The notes below the pieces were generated by a model that did no database searches, was not told the origin of the DNA, and saw nothing but the letters and a program-made list of their open reading frames with translations. This document shows, piece by piece, positions 27,153 through 39,220 of a DNA stretch of 64,000 nt (within the stretch, counting starts at the first letter, position 1; each line of letters begins with the position of its first letter). Origin of the DNA: Parasitella parasitica NRRL 2501. Lineage: Eukaryota > Fungi > Mucoromycota. A program made the position numbers and the translations under genes. The stretch lies in NCBI GenBank assembly GCA_025201805.1, contig MU619258.1:143455-207454 (forward strand), read 5' to 3'.

Positions 27153-29703
27153 CTACGCTCTAGGCTTGATATTGATATTTTTCTTTTTCTGCTTATTGCT
27201 GCTATTGCTACTATTGCTGTTATTGCTGTATCCTTGCGAGTTAGGTTTGCTATTTCCATTTGTGCTTTTCTGCCTTCTATTGCTGCTTTTACCATTGCTT
27301 TTTTTGCTGGATGTATTCATGCTTAGTGCAGGAAATTGAGGTTTCGGTTTTGTAGATGGCGGAGGAGGAAGAGGTGTATGCACTTTCACGATCTCTGCCA
27401 ATGTTCTTTTTTTCGGTTCAGATGATGCTGCCGCTTCAGTTTGCTGTTGCTTGGTAGTAGACCATCGCCGTAACCGTTGAGGCTGCTCACTAGACCAAGA
27501 AGGCTGTGGAAATGCGTCTGAGGAAGGTAGAGTGGCTGTTGTGGATATGCTGTTTGAGATGGCAGGCCATTCCATACCGCTTGATTTGCGTCGTGGCTTT
27601 CTATCTTGATGATAGTGGCTGGAGTTGCCATGTCCAGCATTATTAACACTATTGTGGTTGCTTGCGCCTTTTCGTCGATGTGCGTTTCCACCTGTTTTTT
27701 TGAAGCTTTTTTCATCGGTCATATGTTGCTTTGAAACATGTGGATGACGGTTATACTGATGCTGCTGTTGTGCAGTTGGAGCTTGCTCTTTTCGTTGATA
27801 TCGAGCAAATATTCTGTCAACAGATTGATCTGGTCCATGATCTACAGAGATATCCAGCATAGACAATAGCGTCGATGGGACAGGAGGCAGTGGATGACTT
27901 CCATGTCTCGTATTTCTGACTCTTAAAATAGAATCCAGCGCCTGTGGTGAGCTAAAACGAGGGTGAAACGTATTTGAAGAAATCAAAGAATGTTGTTTTG
28001 ATATCGGCGGAGCACGACAAGTATATGAAGGGAAGCGAGTATTCGTATAAGAATCACAAATATTATGGGAGGGATATGAGCAGATACCGTCAACCATACT
28101 TCGTCGTCTATCATATGGATGTCTTGTTGGCACTGAAGGTGCATAACTAGTGTGAGGATGTATAGGAAGGAAAAATGACGAATTACGGTTCTCTGAAGGA
28201 AGAGTAAGTGATAATACGCTGCTGTCAAGTGAAGAGGAGGAGAAGGGTATGTCGGTAACACTCGTTGTGCTTGTCACTACAGCTTGATATAAATTAGAAA
28301 TTGATTCCAAATCATCGCCTGCGAACAGCAAATCCAAAAATCGCTGAAATTCACATCGCAAGCCATGCACTGATGTAATGTCGGCTGAATTTCCTAGATT
28401 TCGGCCCACATTGAACGGCTCTTCCACGCACAGACTCATTTTGTTTCTACCCGTGTCCCATCCCTTTTCTTTTTTTGATAGATATCGGCCGTGTCGTACT
28501 GAAACCACTTGATCATCATAGTCAAATTCAATAGCAAATCGACGGAAAAAAGCAAATAGCAACCCTCCCAAGCTTTCCTTGTTTGCTAGCCCAAAATCCT
28601 TGAGCTTTTCGACATTGTCAAAGAAGTAATCTTCATTTTTCCCTTCATGTTCAATTTCATGCAGGACAGGAAGAATCGGTGGTTGACGCTGCTGCAAAAA
28701 GTTGATAATCATGCAAGTCCACGTATAAGACGATAGGGTACCACCATTAGCTACAAGCGAAACTATTACCAACCCGTATTCGCCCTAAAGACATCGGTCT
28801 TACCTGCATCATTCAATTGTCTCTGCTTTGTCCAATGCTTGATTGTCATAATCAGCGGCCTTACACGTGAGTCTAGTGCAACGTAGGTTTTAATCATTTT
28901 AGTGTTTTGAAGGGCTAATGTATTATTAACATTGATGTCGCACGAAAGCTGTCTATAACAAGAAGTATATTAAAAAAAACATGGCAAATCAATCTGTTAT
29001 GTGGCACTCAGCATACAATTCCGGATCGAATAATCGAACAATAGGCACTTTTGCTCGAGGAACACACACAACGTGCTGCATACCACCTAATGGGCGTGTT
29101 AATAATAAAAAAAGATCTGATAAGATATGTGTGCCATTTTTTGGATTTTTTTTTGTTTTACATTTTCGAAATAATTTTGCCAACAGTCGAACATTTCGTA
29201 AACCATTCCAAGCTGTTGTAATGCATAAATCTACGTCAGAAGAGCTGGTTCCGAGGTCATTGACGGATGATCTATTGTGCAAAACATCAGCTCTAAAAAA
29301 ACCGATAATTTTGCGTCAACTAAAAGTAAACCAACCCAAATACATTTGCTTTGATATCATGATCAGGCCATTCTTCATTCAACAAATGTTCTATCCGATC
29401 AACAAACTTGACTCGCTTGTCGTAACTGTCTTTGCTGGGTAGCAAGTCCTTTTTAATGGTAAATAATCGAAACAACAATGTTGCATCAGACATACGTACT
29501 TGATACATTTTAATTATATCTATTGAGAGGTTATCTTCTTGTCGAACTTCAAGCACGTAGGGAATTTTCGAGAAATTAACAGACTCATCGATTGCAGGGT
29601 TATTAGTTGGTGTACTGTCATCCAATGCCTTTACGTCTTTTTTGTTTGAAGGCGTTGCGTCAACTTTGACCATGGTATCAAGACTATCTGTGGATGCCTG
29701 CAT
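27153..29703 (-). CDS. Cid13/CutA-like non-canonical RNA nucleotidyltransferase, multi-exon
   Basis: VFG/SSVNDLGTSSSDVDLC (GS..DxD), RAKVPIVRLFDPE, SCDINVNN, GGTLSSYTW, QPPILPVLH, LCVEEPFNVGRNLGNSAD; long low-complexity C-terminus. Confidence 0.92.
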
Positions 29704-30963
29704 CCTCTTCTTTTTCTATCTCTTTTTATTCAAAAACGCTTGAGTTTGTTCCAAAGAATTAAACAACTGGAGGTAAGAAAGATATGAGCTTCTATGAATT
29801 GTTACATTTAAAAGTTTTTTCGAAATTCAACGTCCCAAAGCGACTATGATTTTTTTGACAAGATCAACTACCATGCCAACCAATGGTTACAACCAAGATA
29901 ACAGACAAGACCGACATATATGATTCATATCTGTTAGTTAAAGCCCCAAACTAGCCATTCGCAATTAGATTCTGTATTCTCTTAGGATCTGTAAATTTGA
30001 ACGGGTTGAAGGGCCCAGCTCCAGGATGATGTGGGGATACCAATTTGAAAGTGTTGCTTAACAATCGTTGCTAAGAAAATCACAGCTTGAGTTTTGAGAA
30101 ATGTCAAGTAGAAAAGGCTCAGAAACTTGAAATAATAAGCAAATAATCAATCCGAAGGAAAAATGAGAGTTACTTTGCAAACTTTCAACGATGGAAAGCT
30201 TGTTTATTTGGCTGGAATTTTAAATGGAAAGTAGCCGTTTGATCTCGTTACGCCTTATGGGATTAGCCTGGTTTGAAGGTCTTGGTTTAGCATATGGACA
30301 CATATAAAGCTAATCACACGGACACTTTTCTAATAACTTCAAAATTGTGGTTGGCGAGCAAGTCGTAAATTTGGTCAATACGGTATATGCGACAACCAAG
30401 ATTATCAGAATATGGGATTTATTGAAAATTGTTTATTGAACGGTAAAAAATAAGGTTAAATTTTTTTTCATAGTATAATACGGTTGAAAAATTTGACGCA
30501 TGCTAGGGTCTTTCAATTAAACTTCCAAAATAGCCTTCCAACCCTTGAGTTGTTGTAAGCTGGATAATAAGCATTTAAGGCTATCGTGTAAAGAAGAGTG
30601 CACAAAATGATTGTCTTTTTAACGACGTAAACCCTATTAAACTTTACCACTCGAACCTAAATTGAAATCAAAATTTCAACTAACAGATTTACATCACTTC
30701 CTTTGAACCCATAAAAGAGAGGGAAATAGGGTACAAATTGCGGTACAACATCCGTGAGAGGAACATCTCAGCCGTAGGAACCGCTGAGGCCATCTGATGT
30801 TATAAAGCAAATGAAATTAAGACCGGTATCTGTTCAAGTGGTGCAGTGCACAATGAAAGTGACTAGGTTCCAATTTATCAAACGCTTTGGTGGGCTCAGA
30901 TACGAAGTAGAAATACAATGTCAAAAATTTCTATATTCCCTTCTCTTGTCCACAATTTGGAGC

Positions 30964-33900
30964 ATGACTCACAAGTTGCTTTCATCACCATCAATTCCTA
31001 CAATTGTCAAAAATAAGCGACATCGACCCAATGAAAAACCACTCGATGAAGAAGACATCAATGTTATTGTAAATATTCTAGGAAATCAGTTGTTGAATGT
31101 AAAGAAATTAATCATGGTTGAAAAAGGTATTATATAATAGGAATTTTTGTCGAGTCTTTTTTTCATTGATGCATTATGCCGAATATACACATTAGATACT
31201 TATACACCCTCTGCGGCTGTCACCTTTTTACTCCGTAGAATGGATGTCGACACACAGAATGCTCAATCACTCGAGATCTATTGTTTAATGACAGCATTTA
31301 TGACAGTGTATCTCTGCTTCATCAGGCTGCTGATCCACCAGCAAGAGTTTGACCACTTTATGCAGCTGTTCAACGACCATGACTCGCTACTAAATCAAGA
31401 TAATCAGCCATTTTTGTGGTTTTATGCAGTGCACCACATGTCAGTAGAGGATGATCTGCATAAACAATTGATGACAACCGGCAGAAATGCGCACTCACAC
31501 CCCCATCTGATCCTCGCAAACATAGACTCTATTTTTTCCAAATTTTATACGCATTACTTTCTCGAAATGTCAGCGGCTAAACACCAAAAGGATCACGGTC
31601 AGTTTTACACACCTCAATCTGTGTTGCGCTTCATGTGGGATAAATGCGCTGATGTAGCCCACCTCATTACACGGCTGCAACAAAAGAGCATGTGCAGTGT
31701 ATTTGATCCCTGCCTCGGCATCGGCTCTTTTCTATGCGAATTCTTGACACGACTCATCAAGGCCTGCCAGTTATCATTATGGAATGATCCACAACGACTA
31801 GCTCACCTCCTTCTATACGACATTCCAAATCATATCTACGGCATTGAAATCGATCCTTTTGCTTACCAGCTCTGCAAAATGAATATGATGGTACATCTGT
31901 ATCCACTATATCGACGCATTAACGAGCTTAAAGTGCAACTACCACCGAAATCTATCCATCGCTTGAAACTTTTCTGTAATGATACGCTCAAACTGGCAGT
32001 TAAATCAAACCCTTTTTGGAATACAGAATCAACAGACCCCTTTGAGAAACACTGGCTAGATCAATTGCGCGATGCCTCCAAATTGAAGTTTGATTTTATT
32101 GTGACGAATCCACCCTACATGATAAGAAAAACAGGCTTCATCACTCAACCAGACTCTGCTATTTATGATGAATCAAAGCTAGGTGGCGCAAAGATATCTC
32201 AGGCTTACTTGTATTTCATGTGGATTACTCTCCAAAGATGCGACGATTCCAACGGTCAAGTATGTCTCATTACACCTAGCCAATGGATGGTGTTGGAATT
32301 TGCAGAGCAATTAAGGTACATTGCATACACTTAGTCTGACATGCTGTTAATGCTACTGACGTTATACAATAAGAAACTGGATTTGGGACAATTGTAAATT
32401 ATTAGACATCTATGAATTTGAACCCTATAAAGTGTGGCCCAAGGTACAAACAGATTCGCTCATTTTTCGCATATGCAAACGCTCAAGCACGTTGCCCAAC
32501 TCAAATCACACTCTATACCTTCGCCATGTGGGCAAAAATACTAACTTAAGGCAGCTATTAGAAATTTACCAGGAGTTTAGACCTGACCAGCCGATTGCAG
32601 ACCATTCACTCAAGTATAAACTTACAGCACTCACACAAGAAAACAGAGTGCTCCAAACAAACCATTCGTCTTTCTCGTTTCTTTTACCGTCAGTCTCCTT
32701 TTTGGACCAGCTCAATAGCATAACTCAGCACCTGGCTCGTATTTGTGATAGTGATCCCTCCAGATCAAACACGGCGCCTCTCGTTTGGAACCGAGGTCCG
32801 AACACAAATCCAGTGTACTCGTTAGTGGTGCGCACAAGCTGGGCAGTAGAAACATTTGGGCAAGAAACCTGTGATCGATGGCTGAAGCCCTGCTTTTACT
32901 GGAACGGAAAAACCATCTCAGCTGCTACAGGAGGTGGGAAAGAAGGCACGTTTTGGAAAGACAGAGATCCTTTTCGATTGAGCAAAAAAGAAACATCAGC
33001 AGCAGAAGCATACCTACCATACTACAATGCAGATGTCCCATTTTACTCTATGATCATGGTTAATAAGGAAGACGCAGAAAAGCTCAAGGAAGACTACGCC
33101 AACAACGGTGTATGGGCTGCCCTGTACTCTTATCTTCAAGATGCTCGTATTGCGCTTCAAGCTGATAAAAAGGAGGAGGACATAGCAAATTGCCAATACA
33201 ACAAGTGTGGATTAGTGCCTGTAAAAATCGTACACCCTATCAATTGCGGCTACTTTACTCGATCACAACCACGGCCTCGTTTCTTTGTCGACAGGCACAA
33301 AATGGCAGTAACAAACCAATGTATATACTTCACTGTGAAACCAGATTATCCGTGGCAAGATCCAGACTTTTTCTGTGGTTTGTTGAACAGCACATTGCTA
33401 ATGTTTTTCATCAAGTTGCATTGCAGCTATGACCAGCAAGGCCGCATGCGTTTTTTTGGCAGATTGATGGCCTACATTCCGTTTGCGCCACCTCTGTCTT
33501 TTGAATACATGCAGTGGGTATCTGGATTTGTTCAGGCTGCGACTATTGTGAGATCGTACTTGTATAAAACGATACGCTATTCGAAAGGAAGCCAGAAATT
33601 AATAGAAAGAGTGCGCAACTTTGAGTGGCATATAACACAAGCAGAGCTGGGGATTCTGGGTCGATTTGAGCCACCATTGGATTGGAAAGATTCGTTACCG
33701 AATGTAACGCAACATGGATGGATTATTGAACTTTTTAAAAAAGTTAACACTCATGAAAATATTCAAGATGCGTTTAATATTATGTTGAGGCTTAACTCCT
33801 TGTTTCAATTTGCTATTGACCAAATGATTTATCATATGTATCGAATCCCTGAAAACCTTCAGCTAGAAATAGAGCATGACTTGAAACTAGATAATTTACG

Positions 33901-34009
33901 CCAAGAATGGTTGACTTTCAATACACCAACCCTAGACGACTCGACTCAGCCTGAAGAATGGCACGAATCTATACTATCTATCGCTCAATCTTTTGTTAAT
34001 AAACCATGA
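30964..34009 (+). CDS. Bacterial RM-type (gamma-class, Eco57I/TaqI/Type IIG-like) amino-DNA methyltransferase, ~972 aa, 3 exons
   Basis: Exons 30964..31126, 31196..32315 and 32374..34009 splice in frame via GT-AG introns. Motifs KDHGQFYTP, VFDPCLGIGSFL, IYGIEID, FDFIVTNPPY, CLITPSQW..LR, RFFVD..TNQCIYF..GLLNS, IDQMIYHMYRI. The start could instead be the in-frame ATG at 30811. Confidence 0.88.
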
Positions 34010-34032
34010 GTAGAGTGGAGCAAGTTGTAATA

Positions 34033-34297
34033 ATTCATATTACATGATGTCTCATTTTACATGAAACATCCAATTAATATAAATAGGTTCAACTTTTACT
34101 TGATATTGGAACGGTAGTGAAAATAACTGTTCTGAAATTAATTAATACTATAATTAAAAGTCTGACAAGTCTTACTATCACAATTGATCTGCCACTTCAG
34201 ATCAACATCTAATATCATAAAGGTGGAGTTTACCGCCATAAACTTACTTTCATACATTGCTGTCGATTACTACTTGTCCAGTAATATTCACGTATAT
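34033..34297 (+). repeat. Dispersed repeat, with an inverted diverged copy at 49061..49340
   Basis: ttacatgatgtctcattttacatgaaacatccaatta, tactatcacaattgatctg and ctacttgtccagtaatat match the reverse complement of 49061..49340 in the same order. Confidence 0.88.
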
Positions 34298-36820
34298 AAT
34301 TTTAGTAAGAAATGGCCCAGATAGCAATGTCAGCAATTAAAAATGCCAACTTGACATTAACATAGTACATCATTCTACTTTTTTTCTACTAGATGATCGT
34401 ACACTATCACACAAGCTGGCTCAATAGTGAAGACAGTATCAACAAAAATTAAATTATTCCTAGACGTCTTCAATCTATAATGATTAGAGTCTTTTATGCT
34501 TCATAAGAACAGGCATGATCATCGCTATCTGAGCATAACTTGATTTTTACTGGGCGATTTCCTTATCAAAAGTTATCTGCAAAAACACCTTCGCGTTTTT
34601 TGTGCCGGAGTTTAAAAGTGTTAATCACGTGATTTTTTGTATCTCCTTTTGAAGTAATTTCCTTGGATATGAAGTATATTTAATAAGAATTTTGATGATA
34701 TTAATGGAACTGAAGTTATATATGGTGTAATAAATAGTATCACTATCTATTCCAAAACATATATCAACGCAGTATGAATCATTTGAGGAATAGAATATAA
34801 GATCATGAAATATATTTCAACACGAGCAGCTAATAAGATCATAATAAAATGTTAATGTTATTACAGTTAATGACAACAATGTTTTTGAAAATTTCAAGCA
34901 TTTGCTCATAACTTTTGCTAAAGGAACTGTAGACCTGGGATCGAGAGCCTGTTAAATGTAGCGACAAGTCAGCTCTATGAAATGAAAGCATTTATATCCA
35001 TGAAAATATCTGTAAAGCTTTTTACAGAAATGAGAAAGCAGTAAAGACTATTAATTTACCAGATATCTTACTAATATATTATAATGTCATTTGTTCGTAA
35101 GAACTTGTCTATTTATATTAAATACGTCCATAAAAATCAATCTATGAATACAATCAGATCATATTTGGCATTCAATTGTCAAACAAGATTATAACACAAC
35201 ACTAGCCAGAGCAAAATTTAATCAGTTAATCATTTTGAATTTGAATCATTCGTCGATAAGTTAAGCTTCGAAATTTAGCATAAGTTGATATTTTTTGATA
35301 GACAAGACATTTTATAACGAATCTATTTGTTATAGAATCATCGCGACATTTAACCTTAAATCTGATCAAGAATAGTTGCCATGACAATGTAGCGGAAATA
35401 GTGCTAATCATCGTACTGTATTCCATGGATACAACAAATTTTACTGAAATACAAAAAAAAAAAAAAAAAAGGCGAACAGACGTGCGCATATTCAAGTATA
35501 AAGTCCCTTCCTCCAATGGTAAATAGCATTTTTTGGAACACTGTGCTTTTGACTTTTGACTTTGACTTTGACTTTTGGTGATTATTATTAACGCAAATTG
35601 AGGTTATAAAAGCACAAAGTATTCTCAAAAAACGTCATTAGGCAATGGAGGCTCTGTATTATCCAAATAGCTAAGCTTAAGCTAGCAATAGTCAATGGTG
35701 AGCGCCGTAAAAGCATTGAGGATCGTCCCAATTTCTATTTCAATTTGTCCCAAGAAAAAAGGTCAAGTGTTTCAACTTTATTTACTATTTGTACTAATAA
35801 TCGTAAAATCTTGTACTGTCAATTCTGCCTTGAGATCAAGTGGCGGAGCATAAGAGTCTGAATATTAGCCTAATTAACAAGTTTAGCAGAAGATAAAGTT
35901 ATACTAAAAGATAGAGCAGCATGCTGTACTGAAGCAGGAAACATACAAAAAGTGTTAGCATCAGAATACAAGATTTTGAGATTCTGCATTTGAAAGCACA
36001 GCATGCAAAGGTTCATTAAAGGTATCCGGCAGATGTCTCACCGTTTTCTCGTCAATGACGGCCTTGTGCGTGAAATGATGCAGTTTCTTGCATAACGATA
36101 GGAAGGAGATTAGAAAAGATACGAGAGTCTTCATACTGCCAAAGAATTTGTTGTGCTAATTTATTTGACAAATTCGCTATTCACTCCTGTTCCGACTTAC
36201 CCAATGAGCAACAGATTTGACAATAAGCTTAACTGTATCTTATGCATCCTGAGAAAGTAAGTAGGCTGTAGCGCAAAACTATCTACGAGGACGCCTTTAT
36301 AATCCAATGCGCACAGACCGATAATAGAGTTCTACAGCCAGGAAGTGGAAACAAGTACTTATTTTTCGGGTTCCTGACATTCAAAATGATCGTAAGGGTG
36401 TGTGGTTTGGAGTCCTTTAGCCGAGACTTGAATAATTTATATTAATACAAGCCAACGATAGTTCATGTAAGGCACTTCACATTACATTTTCTATTACCAC
36501 TGAGCGATTTACAGAAGGAATTGATATGTCATCATCAGTTATGGATCTAGCACTCGAGTAAGAAAAACCTGGGGATTATATCACAAATTAGACAATTAAG
36601 TTTTTGATTAGCCATTTTAATATATTTTTTCAGTTTGATTTGAACGTCGATCTTTTTGTTTGGTTTCTATATTTATAGATTTAGTCCTTGTCTCGACCAA
36701 TTGCAAAACGTTATTGAAACACAGTTTTTATTAGTTTTTTTTTTTTGTTGGAAACACTCTTTCTTTCTTTTCTTTCTTTAGTTTTATATTATAAACATAT
36801 AGGTGAAAATTGAGAAAAGG

Positions 36821-37363
36821 ATGGCTACAACAATGCAACAGTGTTTGGATTCTTCCATGGTTTGGCTGGCCATGTATTTCTTCTTGAATCTAGGTCTTAC
36901 TCTGTACAATAAAGTCATCATGGCCATGTTCCAATTCCCTTTCCCTTGGGCTTTAACAGCTATTCATACCCTCTGCGGCACCATAGGTTCTTACATTTTT
37001 TGGAAATGTGGTATCTTCAAACCCTCAAAATTAGGTGAACGAGAAAATATGGTCATGCTGATGTTCTCAGTGTTATATACTATTAATATTGCCATTAGCA
37101 ATGTTTCTCTGTAAGTAAAATCTGTGTTGTGGGGGTTGCCCTGTTTGGCTAATTATTTTTTACTTTGAAATATAGCAACTTGGTAACTGTTCCTGTAAGT
37201 ACGAAAAGTTTGTTTTGCGGAAAGCATGCGGGTTAATTATGGCAATTTAGTTTCATCAAGTGGTTAGAGCAATGACACCTGTATTTACCGTCATGTTGAA
37301 CGTTTTATTCTTGAAGAAAACGTATTCAGGTATGGTTTACACTTCGCTTGTCCCTGTAAGTAT

Positions 37364-37430
<67 letters not shown>

Positions 37431-38177
37431 CGAAAGCTCTTCTAACAAAGACCCCTATATTAGGTTATTGCTGGCGTCGCTTTCGCTACTTTTGGAGATT
37501 ACAACTATACTGCCATAGGGTTCATTTTAACAGTGTTGGGTACAGTGTTGGCAGCAATCAAAACTGTGGTTACGAACCGTGTTCAGGTTGGACGTCTCAA
37601 GCTCCACCCTTTGGATTTATTATTACGAATGTCTCCTTTGGCCTTTATCCAAACCATGCTTTATTCATACGCTACTGGTGAAATGGAGCTTGTCCAAGAA
37701 TATTTTCACACAAACCTGACTTCAAGTGTTTTTTTCGCTTTACTGTTGAATGGTGTCATTGCCTTCTTTTTGAACGTTGTAAGTTTTACTGCCAACAAGA
37801 AAACTTCAGCTTTGACGATGACAGTTGCAGGTATGTAGTAATCAATGAGAGAGGGAAAAACGCAGAGCTAAAGGACATTTTGTTTAGGCAATGTCAAGCA
37901 GGTTCTTTCAATTGTTTTAGCAGTGATCATTTTTGATCTGAGTATTACGGCAACAAATGGTTTAGGTATTCTTTTAACATTGGCTGGTGGTGCCTGGTAC
38001 AGGTAATGTTGCATTTTAGAATAGAACTTTGATGCAAGATATTGATAAGCATATCTTTTTAGCGATGTTCAATTGAAGGAGAGCCGTAAGAAGAGTAAAT
38101 TAATGGGTGGAGATTCTTTGTTGGGCGTGAGCGATAAGAATGAAAGTGAGCTTTCGACTATCAAGACTCAAAAATAA
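36821..38177 (+). CDS. SLC35/TPT-family (nucleotide-sugar/triose-phosphate) transporter, multi-exon
   Basis: YFFLNLGLTLYNK..FPFPWALTAIH, NIAISNVSL, FHQVVRAMTPVFT, LHPLDLLLRMSPLA, NKKTSALTMTVAG/NVKQVL. Confidence 0.93.
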
Positions 38178-38702
38178 TCCAACAGCAATAAGTCGAATGA
38201 TTGTTAATTTTATATAGATGGATTCCCCCACCCCTCTTTGTTTTTTGTTTCTTTTTTGTCGAATTTTGTTATTACTTTTTCTTTAGGATAGATATTCCCT
38301 TGGGTTTTCACAATCTGAACTCACAAAAAAAAAACCCCCCAAAGAAATAAAAAGAGTAATGTTCATAAAGAACTACTGTCGAGCGATACGCGCGTTCTTA
38401 TATTCAATTTCGAGCAATGTAAACATCTTTAATTTTGTAACGTGTCAAATGATCACATTACTGTTGTATAATAATGAGACAATACATGTGGTTGTCATAC
38501 AGGCAAAGCATGTTACATCAGCTTATAGACTTTATGTAGATCGAAGATGTCACGTAATGTTATTTCTAAAGCATTACCATAGTTTAGTATAAAATATTTC
38601 TATAATCGTTCAAAATATTGTTGTCGTTTTCTGTCTTTGTCCTTGATTATGTTGATTCAACTCTTCCCTTACCTGCATCGACATTCGCCGTTGTCGAGGC
38701 GA

Positions 38703-38990
38703 CTATACTCCTGCTTTGCCATGCTGAGAGGCTCCTAACGTAGTCCACAGAGCGTCTGCGAATCTCCACTCTCTTATCTGCCGCCTGGTCATTGCGGTTA
38801 CTTTTTCGTGCCCATTGCAGTTATAGCATTGCTTCGTGGCAAGAAGCTTTGTGCAGTTTACACGATAATAGCCCTCCTCCTGACAATACTTACAGTGGTC
38901 ATACATGGTGCTCCAATATCACAAACCTTTCGATCATCTTTGCTGGATGAAGTAGTCTCCCAATTGGCTTGACTCTACTATTATTTTGTA
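38703..38990 (-). mobile_element. Degenerate gag-like zinc-knuckle remnant (probable non-LTR ORF1)
   Basis: WSTMYDHCKYCQEEGYYRVNC...CYNCNGH contains two decayed CX2CX4HX4C knuckles. Confidence 0.55.
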
Positions 38991-39220
38991 TTTTTTAATC
39001 TGGTCTCAAAAGCCACGGCATTTTAGTTTAGGGGATAAATAAACATCTATTCAGCACCTGTCGAGGGTCAAGATACATCAATAGCAAGAAAAGATATTTT
39101 TCAGGCAATGTTTAAAATACAAATGCAAGTTTATTTTAAAAGGGCAATACTTTCAGCAGTGCTGTAGAGTTTCTATGTACTATCAGATAAAAGTAATTTA
39201 AATAACACTACATTGAAGCA

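Noticed and set aside
30964-34009. Bacterial contamination as the source of the MTase
   Set aside because: It has two canonical spliceosomal introns that restore the frame, and it is contiguous with fungal genes without N gaps.
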